From positions 1 through 35,142 of the forward strand of contig CAZHQU010000002.1 in assembly GCA_964534245.1 (NCBI GenBank): a stretch of 35,142 bases of DNA. Direction: 5' to 3'. The notes beneath the pieces were generated by a model, which ran no database searches, was not told the origin of the DNA, and was given only the letters and a program-made list of their open reading frames with translations. The first letter of the stretch is position 1, and the number at the start of each line of letters is the position of its first letter. The DNA comes from an uncultured Coprobacillus sp. Lineage in GTDB: Bacteria; Bacillota_I; Bacilli_A; ML615J-28; CAG-698. This document shows positions 8,178 to 17,872 of the stretch, piece after piece. A program made the position numbers and the translations under genes.

Positions 8178-10058
8178 ATGATAAATTTATCCCCAAACGT
8201 TTCTAAATTTAAATCACTTATCGGTGAGTATGTTTGTACAAAACCGCTTAAGTATTTCTTTTTGGAACAAAAAGTAAACGCTTTTATTTTCTTAAACCTT
8301 GAAGCACAAAAAGCCGATGATGAAGATAAGGCTGATATCGTTTTTAAATTTAATGAAACTCTCAAACCTGAGAGTTATTCTTTAAAAGTTGATGAAAAGG
8401 TTATCATTGAATATTCTTCTGAATCTGGTGCTTATTATGCTATCCAAACTCTAAAGTGGTACGTTAAAGAATTTGAGGCTGATATTGGAGTTAATATTAA
8501 AATTCCTAAGTTTGAAATTTATGATGAACCTAAAACTAAAGTAAGAGGTTTGATGCTTGATATAAGTCGTGATAAAGTTGCTTCGCTAGAAACAATTAAG
8601 AAAATAATTGATTTAATGTCAGAACTTAAGATGAATCATCTAGAGTTGTATGTTGAAGGCTTCTCTTTTGAATATAAGTCATTCAAAGAGTATTTAGAAG
8701 AAGATGGATTTATTACTTTAGATGAATACTTGAAACTTGAAAAGTACGCTAATGAAAGATTTATTGATTTTGTCCCTAATCAAAATGGATTCGGTCATAT
8801 GACTGATTGGTTGGCAAAAGACGAATTAAAAGATTTAGCTATTTGTCCTAACGGGATAAATTTATGGGGTCGTTGGAGAAAACCAAGTACATTAGATCCT
8901 TTAAATCCAGGATCATTAGAACTTGTTAGAAAAATGTATGCGGATATGCTTCCATATGCAAATTCAAAATATTTTAATATGAATTTTGATGAACCGTTTG
9001 AACTTTCTAGAGGTCTTCCTGAAGGAGAAGACGCTGAAGAGGTTTATTTAGAATTTGTTAATAAAGTTTATAAAGAAGTTAAGAAATATGATAAAATACC
9101 ACTTCTTTGGGGTGATGTTTTAGTTAAACATGAAAGCAAATGGGATAAACTTCCTAAGGATATGATTTTTATTGACTGGGGTTATGATGCACCTTATTCA
9201 TTTGCAAATCATGCGAAAAAACTTAGTGAGAAGAAAGTTCCATTTATGTGCGCACCAGGAACAACAAGCTGGTCAAGCTTCTTAGGAAGATATATTGACT
9301 GGTATGAAAATATCAAAAATGCAGTTGATGCTGTGTATGATTATTCTGGTGAAGGTGTTATCTTAACTGACTGGGGTGATTTTGGTCACTTGCAATTTTG
9401 GTCAATAACTTTAGCTCCACTGATTTATATGGGATTATATTCATGGAGTCATAAAGAAGGAATTATATTAAAAGTTAGAGATTATTTAAATCAATATTTA
9501 CAAGATAAAGATAAATTAATAGGTGATTTAATCTTAGATCTCGAAAATAGCTATCGTTATGATAATGATTATTGTGGTAATGGTAGTAGAAGTTTTTATA
9601 CATTTATGTGGGCAAGTTGTGCATTTGAAGATTCTAAAAAACTAGGAATTACTCCCTGTGAGTATTTCTTGTCTAAGGTCAAGGGTGTTCAACTGTCTAA
9701 GAAAAAATTTAAGGTTATCAACGAGCTCTTAGACTTAAAATGTCAAGACCTGGATTTAATAGATAGGCACAATGATGAACTAGATTTAGTTTGTGAAGAA
9801 CTAAAACAATCAGTTCGAACTGTTAAATTAATTACTTATCTAAGTGTTGCGTTAAATAAGGAAGAAGATTTAACTAGAGAAGAAAGGCTTAACTATTTAG
9901 ATTATGTGTTGAGCAAAAAAGATGAGCACATTGATAAACAAAGAACGTTATGGCTTAAACGAAATAAGTCTGGTGGATTGGAAAGATCTATTAGCAGACT
10001 TACTGAGTTTTTCAGATTAGTCGAGGAATCAAAATTATGTCTACAAAATTATTTCTAA
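8178..10058 (+). CDS. GH20-like beta-N-acetylhexosaminidase, cytoplasmic
   Basis: VRGLMLDISRDK (GH20 substrate-arginine region), MNHLELYVEG, and a candidate catalytic Asp-Glu pair in NMNFDEPFEL. No signal peptide. The family call rests on motif resemblance only. Confidence 0.6.
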   Translation: MINLSPNVSKFKSLIGEYVCTKPLKYFFLEQKVNAFIFLNLEAQKADDEDKADIVFKFNETLKPESYSLKVDEKVIIEYSSESGAYYAIQTLKWYVKEFEADIGVNIKIPKFEIYDEPKTKVRGLMLDISRDKVASLETIKKIIDLMSELKMNHLELYVEGFSFEYKSFKEYLEEDGFITLDEYLKLEKYANERFIDFVPNQNGFGHMTDWLAKDELKDLAICPNGINLWGRWRKPSTLDPLNPGSLELVRKMYADMLPYANSKYFNMNFDEPFELSRGLPEGEDAEEVYLEFVNKVYKEVKKYDKIPLLWGDVLVKHESKWDKLPKDMIFIDWGYDAPYSFANHAKKLSEKKVPFMCAPGTTSWSSFLGRYIDWYENIKNAVDAVYDYSGEGVILTDWGDFGHLQFWSITLAPLIYMGLYSWSHKEGIILKVRDYLNQYLQDKDKLIGDLILDLENSYRYDNDYCGNGSRSFYTFMWASCAFEDSKKLGITPCEYFLSKVKGVQLSKKKFKVINELLDLKCQDLDLIDRHNDELDLVCEELKQSVRTVKLITYLSVALNKEEDLTREERLNYLDYVLSKKDEHIDKQRTLWLKRNKSGGLERSISRLTEFFRLVEESKLCLQNYF

Positions 10059-10077
10059 TGAAAAGAGGAAAACAATA

Positions 10078-13000
10078 ATGAATAAAATTACTTATAATCC
10101 AAATTTAATGAAGAAATTAGTTTTAGGGTTAATTTGTTTATTATTAGTTGCTTGGTTAGCATATGCGATTATATCAAGCTATACTGATAAAGGACATATT
10201 ACTTCTAATTCAAGTGCTTCTTCATCAGAAATTCCAACGGGTTCTTATCAAAATTATATTAAATTAACAGCTGGAATTGAAGAATCTAAATTAGAATCAT
10301 TTGATATCAGCTATGTAACAGATGCAAATGAAGATAATCAATATTCTGCTATTTACAAAGATTATACAAGTACTAGACTTGAAAACGAAATCGTAATTGA
10401 TGGCAATGATGCAGAAGTTGAAGGTGAAAGCTCAGAATTAAATTGGCCAAGTACTGATGGTTATAAAGATATGTATGATAAATACTTAAATGGTGAAACT
10501 GGTGCTTATACTGATGAAACTGGTAAAGTTTCTTTCACTATTAAGGGAATTCAAAAAACAGGTTTTTATAATTTAATGATTAGTTACTTCATTCCTAAAG
10601 GAAAAGGCTCAGTATCTCAAAGAAAGATTTTAGTTAATGGTGAAGTTTTATTTGAAGAGTTATTAAACTATTCATTTGCTAGAGAGTATGAAGACAGTGC
10701 TGATAGTAAGGATGCTAATGGAAATTTCAAGACTGACGTTAATGGTAATGACTTAAAACCAAGTCAAACAGAAATCTTTGTTTATCATGAAGATGAATAT
10801 ATTCAAGATAGAACAGGTTATATTTCAAAACCTTATATGATTCTATTACAAGGTGGACAAGATAACGTTATTACTTTTGAAAGTGTTAAAGAAAATCTTC
10901 TTATTACTGAATTAAAAGTTTTAAGCATTGATTCTTACAACATTCCAACATATGAAGAATATATTGCTAAATATCAAAGCGAATTAAATAAACAAATGAC
11001 AATTAAAGATATAAGCACTTATAAGTACGAAAGTGAAGGTTCTGGTAGAACATCTACTACTCCTACATTATATCCTACTACTGATAGAACAAGCGCAACA
11101 AACTATCCAACTGACCCAGTTAGAACTAAGTATAATGCAATTGGTGGTTCAAAATGGACAACAGCTGGTGACTCTATCAGTTGGCAAATTACAGCTGAAG
11201 AAGCAGGTTTATATCAATTATCATTCCGTGCTAAACAAGATTTAGCTCGTGGTATGTTCGCAACAAGAAAACTTTATGTTGATGGTAAGCAACCATTTGC
11301 TGAAGCTGAAAACTTAAGATTCTATTATAACTCTGAATATAGCTTAGTTACATTAGGATCTGGTGAAGGCGAAGAACAAGAAACATATTATATCTACTTA
11401 GATGAAGGAACTCATACAATCACTTTACAAGCAACATTAGGTGATTATGCTTCTGCAATAAGTAGAGTTAACCAAGTTGTAGATAAATTAAATGCTATTT
11501 ATTTAAAGATTATTGCAATCACTACAACTAGCCCTGATGATTATACTGATTATGGTATTTATGGTGAAAACAGTCGTTTAGGTAATGATGAAGAAGGTAA
11601 TCCAATTGATGTTCAAAAAATCTTCTCTGATGCTGCGATTGAAATTAATTCTATTTCTCAATATATCACTGAATTAACAGGTGAAAAGAGTAGCTTAAAT
11701 AATGTATTGGATAAATTAGTATTACAAATCGGTGGTAAAGTGGATTATAATGGTGACGGCGAAGCTGAAGATGTTGGTGGATTTGCAACAAAACCTCGTA
11801 ATATTACTAAAGACTTAGCTGCATTCAAAACTAACTTATCATCATTAGGTACATGGGTACTTGATATTCAAGAACAATCTTTAACAATTGAATCATTCTA
11901 TGTTGCTCCAAAAGGTGCTGAACTTCCAAATGCTGAAGATAACTTCTTCAAAGGCTTATGGTTCAGTATTCGTGGATTCTTTGCTTCATTCTTCTTCGAC
12001 TATGAATCAATTGGAGTAATCGATACAGAAGGATTTGAAAGAGAAATCGAAGTTTGGTTCTTAACAAGTGAAACTTCAGGTCGTGAACAAGCAAACGTAT
12101 TAAAGAATTTAATTGATATGTACTTCACTTATGAAAGTGAACAAACAGAACAAGAAGTAGATAATTATAAAGATTATGATTGCAATGTAATATTAAAAGT
12201 ATTAGCTGCTGGTGTATTACTTCCTGCAACTCTTGCTGGAACTGGCCCAGACGTAGCAATCAACGTTGGTGAAGGTTTACCAATGAACTATGCACTTCGT
12301 GGTGCTGTATATGACTTAGAAAGATTTAATTATAGCGATTGGGATAATCCAAACTTAGTTAAAGGTGGCCCAACTGCTGCAAACTATACTGGTGATTTCG
12401 ATAAGGCTGTTGAAGAAAGATTCACTTCTGCTGAAATGGTTCCATTTAGATTAGATGACCAATTAGAAGATGGAACTCCAGTTACTGGTTATTATGGTTT
12501 CCCTAACACTGCTTCATTCTTAGTAATGTTCTATAGAACAGATATCTTTGAAGAAAATGGTTGGGAAGTTCCAAGAACATGGGATGATGTAATTGATTTA
12601 GCTAGAGAATTAAGTGTTATGAACTTAGGATTCTACATTCCATTTGAAGGTGCGGGTTCAACAATCTTTGCGACTTTATTATATCAAATGGGTGGTCAGT
12701 TCTACTTAGAAGATAATACAGCATGTGCATTTTCACAAGAAGTTGCTAAGAAAGCATTCGAACAATGGTGTAGCTATTTCTGTGATTATGGTTTTGATAA
12801 AGCTGCGAACTTTACAAACAGATTCCGTAGTGGTGAAATGCCAATTGGTATCTCTAGTTATACATTATATAATACATTAGCGGTATTCGCACCTGACATT
12901 GCTGGTAAATGGGCATTTGCACCATTACCTGGTATCGAACAAGAAGATGGAACAATTGAAAATACTGGTACTTTAACAATTACTTCATCTATTATTATGG

Positions 13001-13386
13001 AACAATCAGATGATCTAGAAGCGTCTTGGGCATTCTTAAAATGGTGGACATCAACTCCTGTTCAAGAAAAATATTCAATTGAAATTGAATCAATCTTAGG
13101 AAGTGGAGCTCGTCATAACACTGCTAATAGATACGCACTTGAAAGTTTACCATGGAGTGCAAGCGAATTAGAAACTTTAACTTCTCAATTTGATAATGCA
13201 TTCGGTATTCCTGAAGTGGCTGGTGGTTACTACATTAGTCGTAACTTAGAAAATGCTATTCGTGAAGTTATTAACAATGACTCAAATCCACGTGAAACAT
13301 TTGCTGAATATGTAGAATTAATCGACAGTGAAATTACACGTAAACGTGAAGAGTTTGAATTTAAACTTGCTGAGGAAAGTAGGTAG
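10078..13386 (+). CDS. Giant membrane-anchored extracellular solute-binding protein (1102 aa): N-terminal signal anchor, two CBM-like beta-sandwich modules, C-terminal family-1 sugar-binding domain
   Basis: TM segment LVLGLICLLLVAWLAYAII with no lipobox. Two CBM-style segments: TGFYNLMISYFIPKGKGSVSQRKILVNGEV and AGLYQLSFRAKQDLARGMFATRKLYVDGKQ. The C-terminal ~450 aa has a binding-protein signature (YRTDIFEENGWEVPRTWDDVIDLAREL). Confidence 0.7.
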   Translation: MNKITYNPNLMKKLVLGLICLLLVAWLAYAIISSYTDKGHITSNSSASSSEIPTGSYQNYIKLTAGIEESKLESFDISYVTDANEDNQYSAIYKDYTSTRLENEIVIDGNDAEVEGESSELNWPSTDGYKDMYDKYLNGETGAYTDETGKVSFTIKGIQKTGFYNLMISYFIPKGKGSVSQRKILVNGEVLFEELLNYSFAREYEDSADSKDANGNFKTDVNGNDLKPSQTEIFVYHEDEYIQDRTGYISKPYMILLQGGQDNVITFESVKENLLITELKVLSIDSYNIPTYEEYIAKYQSELNKQMTIKDISTYKYESEGSGRTSTTPTLYPTTDRTSATNYPTDPVRTKYNAIGGSKWTTAGDSISWQITAEEAGLYQLSFRAKQDLARGMFATRKLYVDGKQPFAEAENLRFYYNSEYSLVTLGSGEGEEQETYYIYLDEGTHTITLQATLGDYASAISRVNQVVDKLNAIYLKIIAITTTSPDDYTDYGIYGENSRLGNDEEGNPIDVQKIFSDAAIEINSISQYITELTGEKSSLNNVLDKLVLQIGGKVDYNGDGEAEDVGGFATKPRNITKDLAAFKTNLSSLGTWVLDIQEQSLTIESFYVAPKGAELPNAEDNFFKGLWFSIRGFFASFFFDYESIGVIDTEGFEREIEVWFLTSETSGREQANVLKNLIDMYFTYESEQTEQEVDNYKDYDCNVILKVLAAGVLLPATLAGTGPDVAINVGEGLPMNYALRGAVYDLERFNYSDWDNPNLVKGGPTAANYTGDFDKAVEERFTSAEMVPFRLDDQLEDGTPVTGYYGFPNTASFLVMFYRTDIFEENGWEVPRTWDDVIDLARELSVMNLGFYIPFEGAGSTIFATLLYQMGGQFYLEDNTACAFSQEVAKKAFEQWCSYFCDYGFDKAANFTNRFRSGEMPIGISSYTLYNTLAVFAPDIAGKWAFAPLPGIEQEDGTIENTGTLTITSSIIMEQSDDLEASWAFLKWWTSTPVQEKYSIEIESILGSGARHNTANRYALESLPWSASELETLTSQFDNAFGIPEVAGGYYISRNLENAIREVINNDSNPRETFAEYVELIDSEITRKREEFEFKLAEESR

Positions 13387-13394
13387 TTAACATT

Positions 13395-14384
13395 ATGGAA
13401 GTAAAGAACGAACAAAAACTAAACATTTTCCAAAAAATTAAAAAATGGTATTTAGAAAAACAACGTAAGATGGAAAATTGGAGTAAGAATGGTAAACCTA
13501 TACGTCGTAAATTATATTTGAATAGAAAATTATATTTAATGATGTTCCCTTATTTATTACTATTCTTTGTATTCACAATTCTTCCAGTTATAATCAGTTT
13601 CTTAATCAGTTTTACTGACTTTAACTTATTAGAATTTCCACCAAATTGGCGTGGATTTAGAAACTATTTAGACTTATTCTTAGAAGATACAATCTTTATA
13701 ATAGCTGTTAAAAACACATTGATTATTGCTGTTATCGTTGGTCCAGGTGGATATTTATTATCATTCGTATTTGCATGGTTAATCAATGAGTTACCAAGAT
13801 ATTTGAGAGCTGTAGTAACATTTATGTTCTACGCTCCAGCCTTAACGGGTGCCGTATCAATTTGGGCTTTAATCTTTAGTAGTGATATGTATGGATGGGC
13901 AAACTCATTATTAATTAATATGAATTTTATTCGTGAACCAATATTATTCTTAAAAGATACAGATTATATTTTACCAATTGTTATTGTAGTTCAATTATGG
14001 ACAAGCTTAGGTGTTAACTTCTTAACATTAATTGCTGGTCTTAAAGGTGTAAATAAAGAATTTTATGAAGCTGGTGCCATCGATGGTATCAGAAATAGAT
14101 GGCAAGAATTATGGTATATTACTTTACCATGTATTAAAGAACAATTATTATTTAGTGCCGTTATCCAAATTTCAAATACTCTTGGAGTAGGTGCAATTAC
14201 AACAGCACTTTGTGGATTCCCTTCAGTTGGTTATGCTGGTCATACAATTGTTAACCACTTAACTGACTACACTAGTACAAGATATGAATTAGGTTATGCT
14301 TCAGCAATAGCCACATTACTATTCGTAGCATCAATCGGATTAAATAGTTTAATTAGAAAAGTTATTAGAAAGGTAGGTTCTTAA
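13395..14384 (+). CDS. Sugar ABC transporter permease (MalF/LplB-like)
   Basis: Multiple TM segments and the EAA loop EAGAIDGIRNRWQELWYITLPCIK. Confidence 0.85.
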   Translation: MEVKNEQKLNIFQKIKKWYLEKQRKMENWSKNGKPIRRKLYLNRKLYLMMFPYLLLFFVFTILPVIISFLISFTDFNLLEFPPNWRGFRNYLDLFLEDTIFIIAVKNTLIIAVIVGPGGYLLSFVFAWLINELPRYLRAVVTFMFYAPALTGAVSIWALIFSSDMYGWANSLLINMNFIREPILFLKDTDYILPIVIVVQLWTSLGVNFLTLIAGLKGVNKEFYEAGAIDGIRNRWQELWYITLPCIKEQLLFSAVIQISNTLGVGAITTALCGFPSVGYAGHTIVNHLTDYTSTRYELGYASAIATLLFVASIGLNSLIRKVIRKVGS

Positions 14385-14386
14385 AA

Positions 14387-15373
14387 ATGGCTAAAGAAGT
14401 TAAACAAGCAAAGTCTTTTGAACAATTAGAACAAGAACGTTTACAGGCTAAGAACAATAAAAAGGCTCGCCATATAGATTCTCGACCTTTTGCTGAAATC
14501 TCGGATGCTAAATTAAAAAGAAGATCAAAAATTAAGAAACGTATAAATCGTTCAAAATTTGGGGATACAGTTTTATTCATCTTCCTTATCGGATCATCAA
14601 TCTTAAGTATTTTACCACTTATTATGATTGTAAATAATGCCTTCAAACCATTAGATGAAATTTTCCTATTCCCTCCAAAGATTTTCGTTATGAATCCAAC
14701 TCTTAATAACTTCGCTGACTTAGGAGTTGTACTTGGAACTTCACTTGTTCCATTCTCAAGATATTTATTCAATACTGTTTATGTAACTTTACTTGGTACA
14801 TTTGGACACGTAGTAGTTGCTTCAATGTGTTCGTATGTATTATCTAGATATAAAGTTCCTGGTGGTAAATTAATATTCTCATTAATCGTTTATGCATTAA
14901 TGTTCCCATCAAGTGTTACAGCAACTCCTAACTACATTATTTTAACTTATTTAGGATTAATTGATACACACTGGTCAATCGTATTACCAGTTATCGGTGG
15001 TACTATGGGTCTATTCTTAATGAAACAATTTATGGATCAAATTAGTATGGAATATATTGAATCAGCTAAACTAGATGGTGCTGGTGAATTTAGAATTTAT
15101 TGGACAATTGTTATGCCACTTGTAAAACCTGCTTGGATTACACTTGTTATCTTAAACTTCCAAAGTTTATGGAATACATATGGTTCAACAACAATTTATC
15201 GAGAAGACTTAAAGATGTTAAGTTACGCAATCAACCAAATTGCCTCTGCTGGTGTTGCTAGAACTGGTACATTAAATGCCGTTCAATTGGTTATGATTAC
15301 AGTTCCAATTGCCGTATTCATTTTCTCACAAAGTAATGTTATGGAAACAATGGCTCATTCAGGTATGAAGTAA
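14387..15373 (+). CDS. Carbohydrate ABC transporter permease (MalG/LplC-like) with a ~60-aa basic N-terminal extension
   Basis: EAA loop ESAKLDGAGEFRIYWTIVMPLVKP. It starts 2 nt after the upstream stop. Confidence 0.85.
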   Translation: MAKEVKQAKSFEQLEQERLQAKNNKKARHIDSRPFAEISDAKLKRRSKIKKRINRSKFGDTVLFIFLIGSSILSILPLIMIVNNAFKPLDEIFLFPPKIFVMNPTLNNFADLGVVLGTSLVPFSRYLFNTVYVTLLGTFGHVVVASMCSYVLSRYKVPGGKLIFSLIVYALMFPSSVTATPNYIILTYLGLIDTHWSIVLPVIGGTMGLFLMKQFMDQISMEYIESAKLDGAGEFRIYWTIVMPLVKPAWITLVILNFQSLWNTYGSTTIYREDLKMLSYAINQIASAGVARTGTLNAVQLVMITVPIAVFIFSQSNVMETMAHSGMK

Positions 15374-15383
15374 GAGGTGAAGT

Positions 15384-17156
15384 ATGAAGAAGATTATGAA
15401 AAAGTTTTTAATAATATTCTTATTTGTTGTATGTTTTAGTGTATCATTTAATGTATCTGCTGCAGGAGGTCATGGCGGTGGATACATGTATGATAGCGAT
15501 GGTCAATTAATTGAATCATCAGTTGGTTATACAGTTACTGAAGAAAATATTTATCATATTTTATCAGATGCTTGGATTAATGGATTTACATCAACAGAAG
15601 GTGTTATCGAATCTGAAATATTTAATAATCCAAGTGATATGTTCTTATACAAAGATGCTGAAACAGGTGAAGAAACAATTTATATTGTTGACTCAGGATC
15701 AAATTTTCTATTTATCTTTGATAAATCATTAAACTTTGTTAATAAATTTAGTACATTTGAAGTTGATCCTAGTGAATTCAGTATTCTTGAATTATCTAAG
15801 ATGAATACTTCAACAGATGGTAAAACAAAATCTGCTTTCTGGAATAGCAATAATAAAGCAAATTGGGAAAAAGTTAAAGATAATTGGGACGTTATTACTG
15901 AAACTAAATTTGAAGATCGTCAACCCGAAGAAAAATTCTCAATTAGTTGTTTAAATCTTTCAGGTGTATATCGTGCTTTAAGACCACTAAGAGATGAAAA
16001 TGGTAAAATCATTTTAAATGAAAATGAACAAACAGTTTATGAAGATGTTTTATATTTATGTGATGCTGGAAATCAACAAGTGGTTATTTTAGATTCAAAA
16101 ACTCTTAAAGTTAAACAAATTGTTTCTGCTCCTGAAAATGTAGACTTCACTTCAAAATTTCAACCAGTTAAAATGGTTACTGACTCAATGGGTAGAATGT
16201 ATATCATTTCTACAAACGTTTATGAAGGTATTCTATTAATGAACTATGATGGTACATTTATGACATTCGTTGGTGTTAACTATACTTCATTATCAGTTTG
16301 GGATGCTTTAAAGAGAAGTTGGAAAACTGAAGAACAATTAGCTCAAGAAACTACAATTTTACAAACATCATTTAACAATTTAACAATTGATAAAGATGGA
16401 TTCTTGTATACAGTTTCTGGTCCAGTTACAAATGTTGACGGATCAGTTAATACAGAAGCAATGATTAAGAAAATTAATCAAACTAATAAAGACGTATTAA
16501 AGAGAAATGGTTATTCTAAACCAATAGGTGACTTAATTACTATTAAGACTGGTGCTAATGCTGGTACAAGTAATTTCGTATCTATTACAATTAATGAATA
16601 TGGTGTATATACTGTAGCTGATACAAAAGGTAACAAATTATTTACATATGATAACGAAGGTAACTTATTATACATTTCTGGTGGTAGAGGTAGTCAAATT
16701 ACTAATATCAGTAATCCAGTAGCTATTACTTATCAAGGTGAAGATATTTTAGTTCTTGACAAAGGTAATAAATGTGTAATGCGTTATGAACCTACAGAAT
16801 TTGCTCAAAACATTAATAAAGCTGTTTATTATGAATATATTGGTGATTCAGCACATGCTGCTGATGAATGGCAAAACGTTATCAACAAAAACAACGCTTA
16901 TGAGTTAGCATATGTTGGTGTTGGTAAAAAGTATTATGATGAAAAGAGATATTTAGACGCAATGGAATATTTCAAGAATGGTTCAGATGTTAAATACTTC
17001 TCTAGAGCTTATAAGAATTATAGAGATGATATAATTGCTGAATACTTCCCATTTGTTGGTGGTGCTTTACTAGTATTAATCGGAGCAAATTATGCTTGGA
17101 AACTTGTTAAGAAAATTAAAGGAAAAAATCCTAAGTTTGAGGATGGTGAATTATAA
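15384..17156 (+). CDS. Secreted NHL-type beta-propeller repeat protein with a C-terminal TM anchor
   Basis: Signal peptide FLIIFLFVVCFSVSFNVSA|AGG. About 6 repeats of the type IYIVDSGSNFLFIFD, LYLCDAGNQQVVILD, MYIISTNVYEGILLMNYDG, VYTVADTKGNKLFTYDNEGN and ILVLDKGNKCVMRYEP. A TPR-like stretch is followed by the TM segment FPFVGGALLVLIGANYAWKL. Confidence 0.6.
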   Translation: MKKIMKKFLIIFLFVVCFSVSFNVSAAGGHGGGYMYDSDGQLIESSVGYTVTEENIYHILSDAWINGFTSTEGVIESEIFNNPSDMFLYKDAETGEETIYIVDSGSNFLFIFDKSLNFVNKFSTFEVDPSEFSILELSKMNTSTDGKTKSAFWNSNNKANWEKVKDNWDVITETKFEDRQPEEKFSISCLNLSGVYRALRPLRDENGKIILNENEQTVYEDVLYLCDAGNQQVVILDSKTLKVKQIVSAPENVDFTSKFQPVKMVTDSMGRMYIISTNVYEGILLMNYDGTFMTFVGVNYTSLSVWDALKRSWKTEEQLAQETTILQTSFNNLTIDKDGFLYTVSGPVTNVDGSVNTEAMIKKINQTNKDVLKRNGYSKPIGDLITIKTGANAGTSNFVSITINEYGVYTVADTKGNKLFTYDNEGNLLYISGGRGSQITNISNPVAITYQGEDILVLDKGNKCVMRYEPTEFAQNINKAVYYEYIGDSAHAADEWQNVINKNNAYELAYVGVGKKYYDEKRYLDAMEYFKNGSDVKYFSRAYKNYRDDIIAEYFPFVGGALLVLIGANYAWKLVKKIKGKNPKFEDGEL

Positions 17157-17860
17157 TGACTGGCACAGAAAATAAAACAATGAACCAATCAAAATTTTCT
17201 AAAGTTTGGCAAGTTATTTTAAAAGGATTAAAGATATTCAAAGAGGAATTTATTACTTATCCACTTTATATCTTAGCTCATCCTATTAAAGGATTTGATG
17301 ACTTTAAACGTGATAAAAAAGGAAAATTATGGGTAGCAATTACATTTATGTGCTTCTTAATTTTCTTAAACATTATGGAATATCAATACACTGGATTTAT
17401 TATTTCACAAGTTGATATTACTACATTAAACTCATTTAAAGAAATTGTATTAATTTTTGCTGTAGTATTAGTTATTACATTTGCAAACTGGAGTGTAACT
17501 ACTTTATTTGATGGCAAAGGTAAAGTTAAAGAGATTTTCTCAATGTTAGGTTATTGCTTGTTCCCATTATGTTGGGCTAAACTTATTGGTTTATTCATGA
17601 GTAACTTCTTAACTCAAAATGAAGCAGCATTATATAGCTTAACAATTGGATTAGGAATTTTCTTAATGTGTTATATGGGATTTTTTGGATTTATCAGTAT
17701 TCATGAATATGGTTTATTCAAATCAATCTTATCAATTTTAGGTACAATTCTTGCAATCTTAATTATTGCATTTATTGGTATATTAACATTCGACTTAGTG
17801 CAAAAGATGAGTGGATTTGTATATACAATCTACCAAGAAATTTCACTAAGATATCTGTAG
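17156..17860 (+). CDS. Yip1-like polytopic membrane protein (about 5 TM)
   Basis: 234 aa with five hydrophobic segments after a short cytoplasmic N-terminus. The ATG overlaps the upstream TAA (TAATG). The Yip1 assignment is from topology and size only. Confidence 0.5.
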   Translation: MTGTENKTMNQSKFSKVWQVILKGLKIFKEEFITYPLYILAHPIKGFDDFKRDKKGKLWVAITFMCFLIFLNIMEYQYTGFIISQVDITTLNSFKEIVLIFAVVLVITFANWSVTTLFDGKGKVKEIFSMLGYCLFPLCWAKLIGLFMSNFLTQNEAALYSLTIGLGIFLMCYMGFFGFISIHEYGLFKSILSILGTILAILIIAFIGILTFDLVQKMSGFVYTIYQEISLRYL

Positions 17861-17872
17861 GAGGTTGAGACT

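Noticed and set aside
8132-8365. 77-aa minus-strand ORF spanning the GH20 gene start and its promoter
   Set aside because: It overlaps the predicted -10 element, RBS and 5' coding region of a well-supported + strand gene, and has no supporting signals of its own.
14365-14772. 135-aa minus-strand ORF, the longest antisense ORF in the track
   Set aside because: It is entirely antisense to the 14387 permease gene, which has a clear EAA loop and TM pattern. Its product has no recognisable motif, RBS or promoter. It is typical of spurious antisense ORFs in AT-rich DNA.
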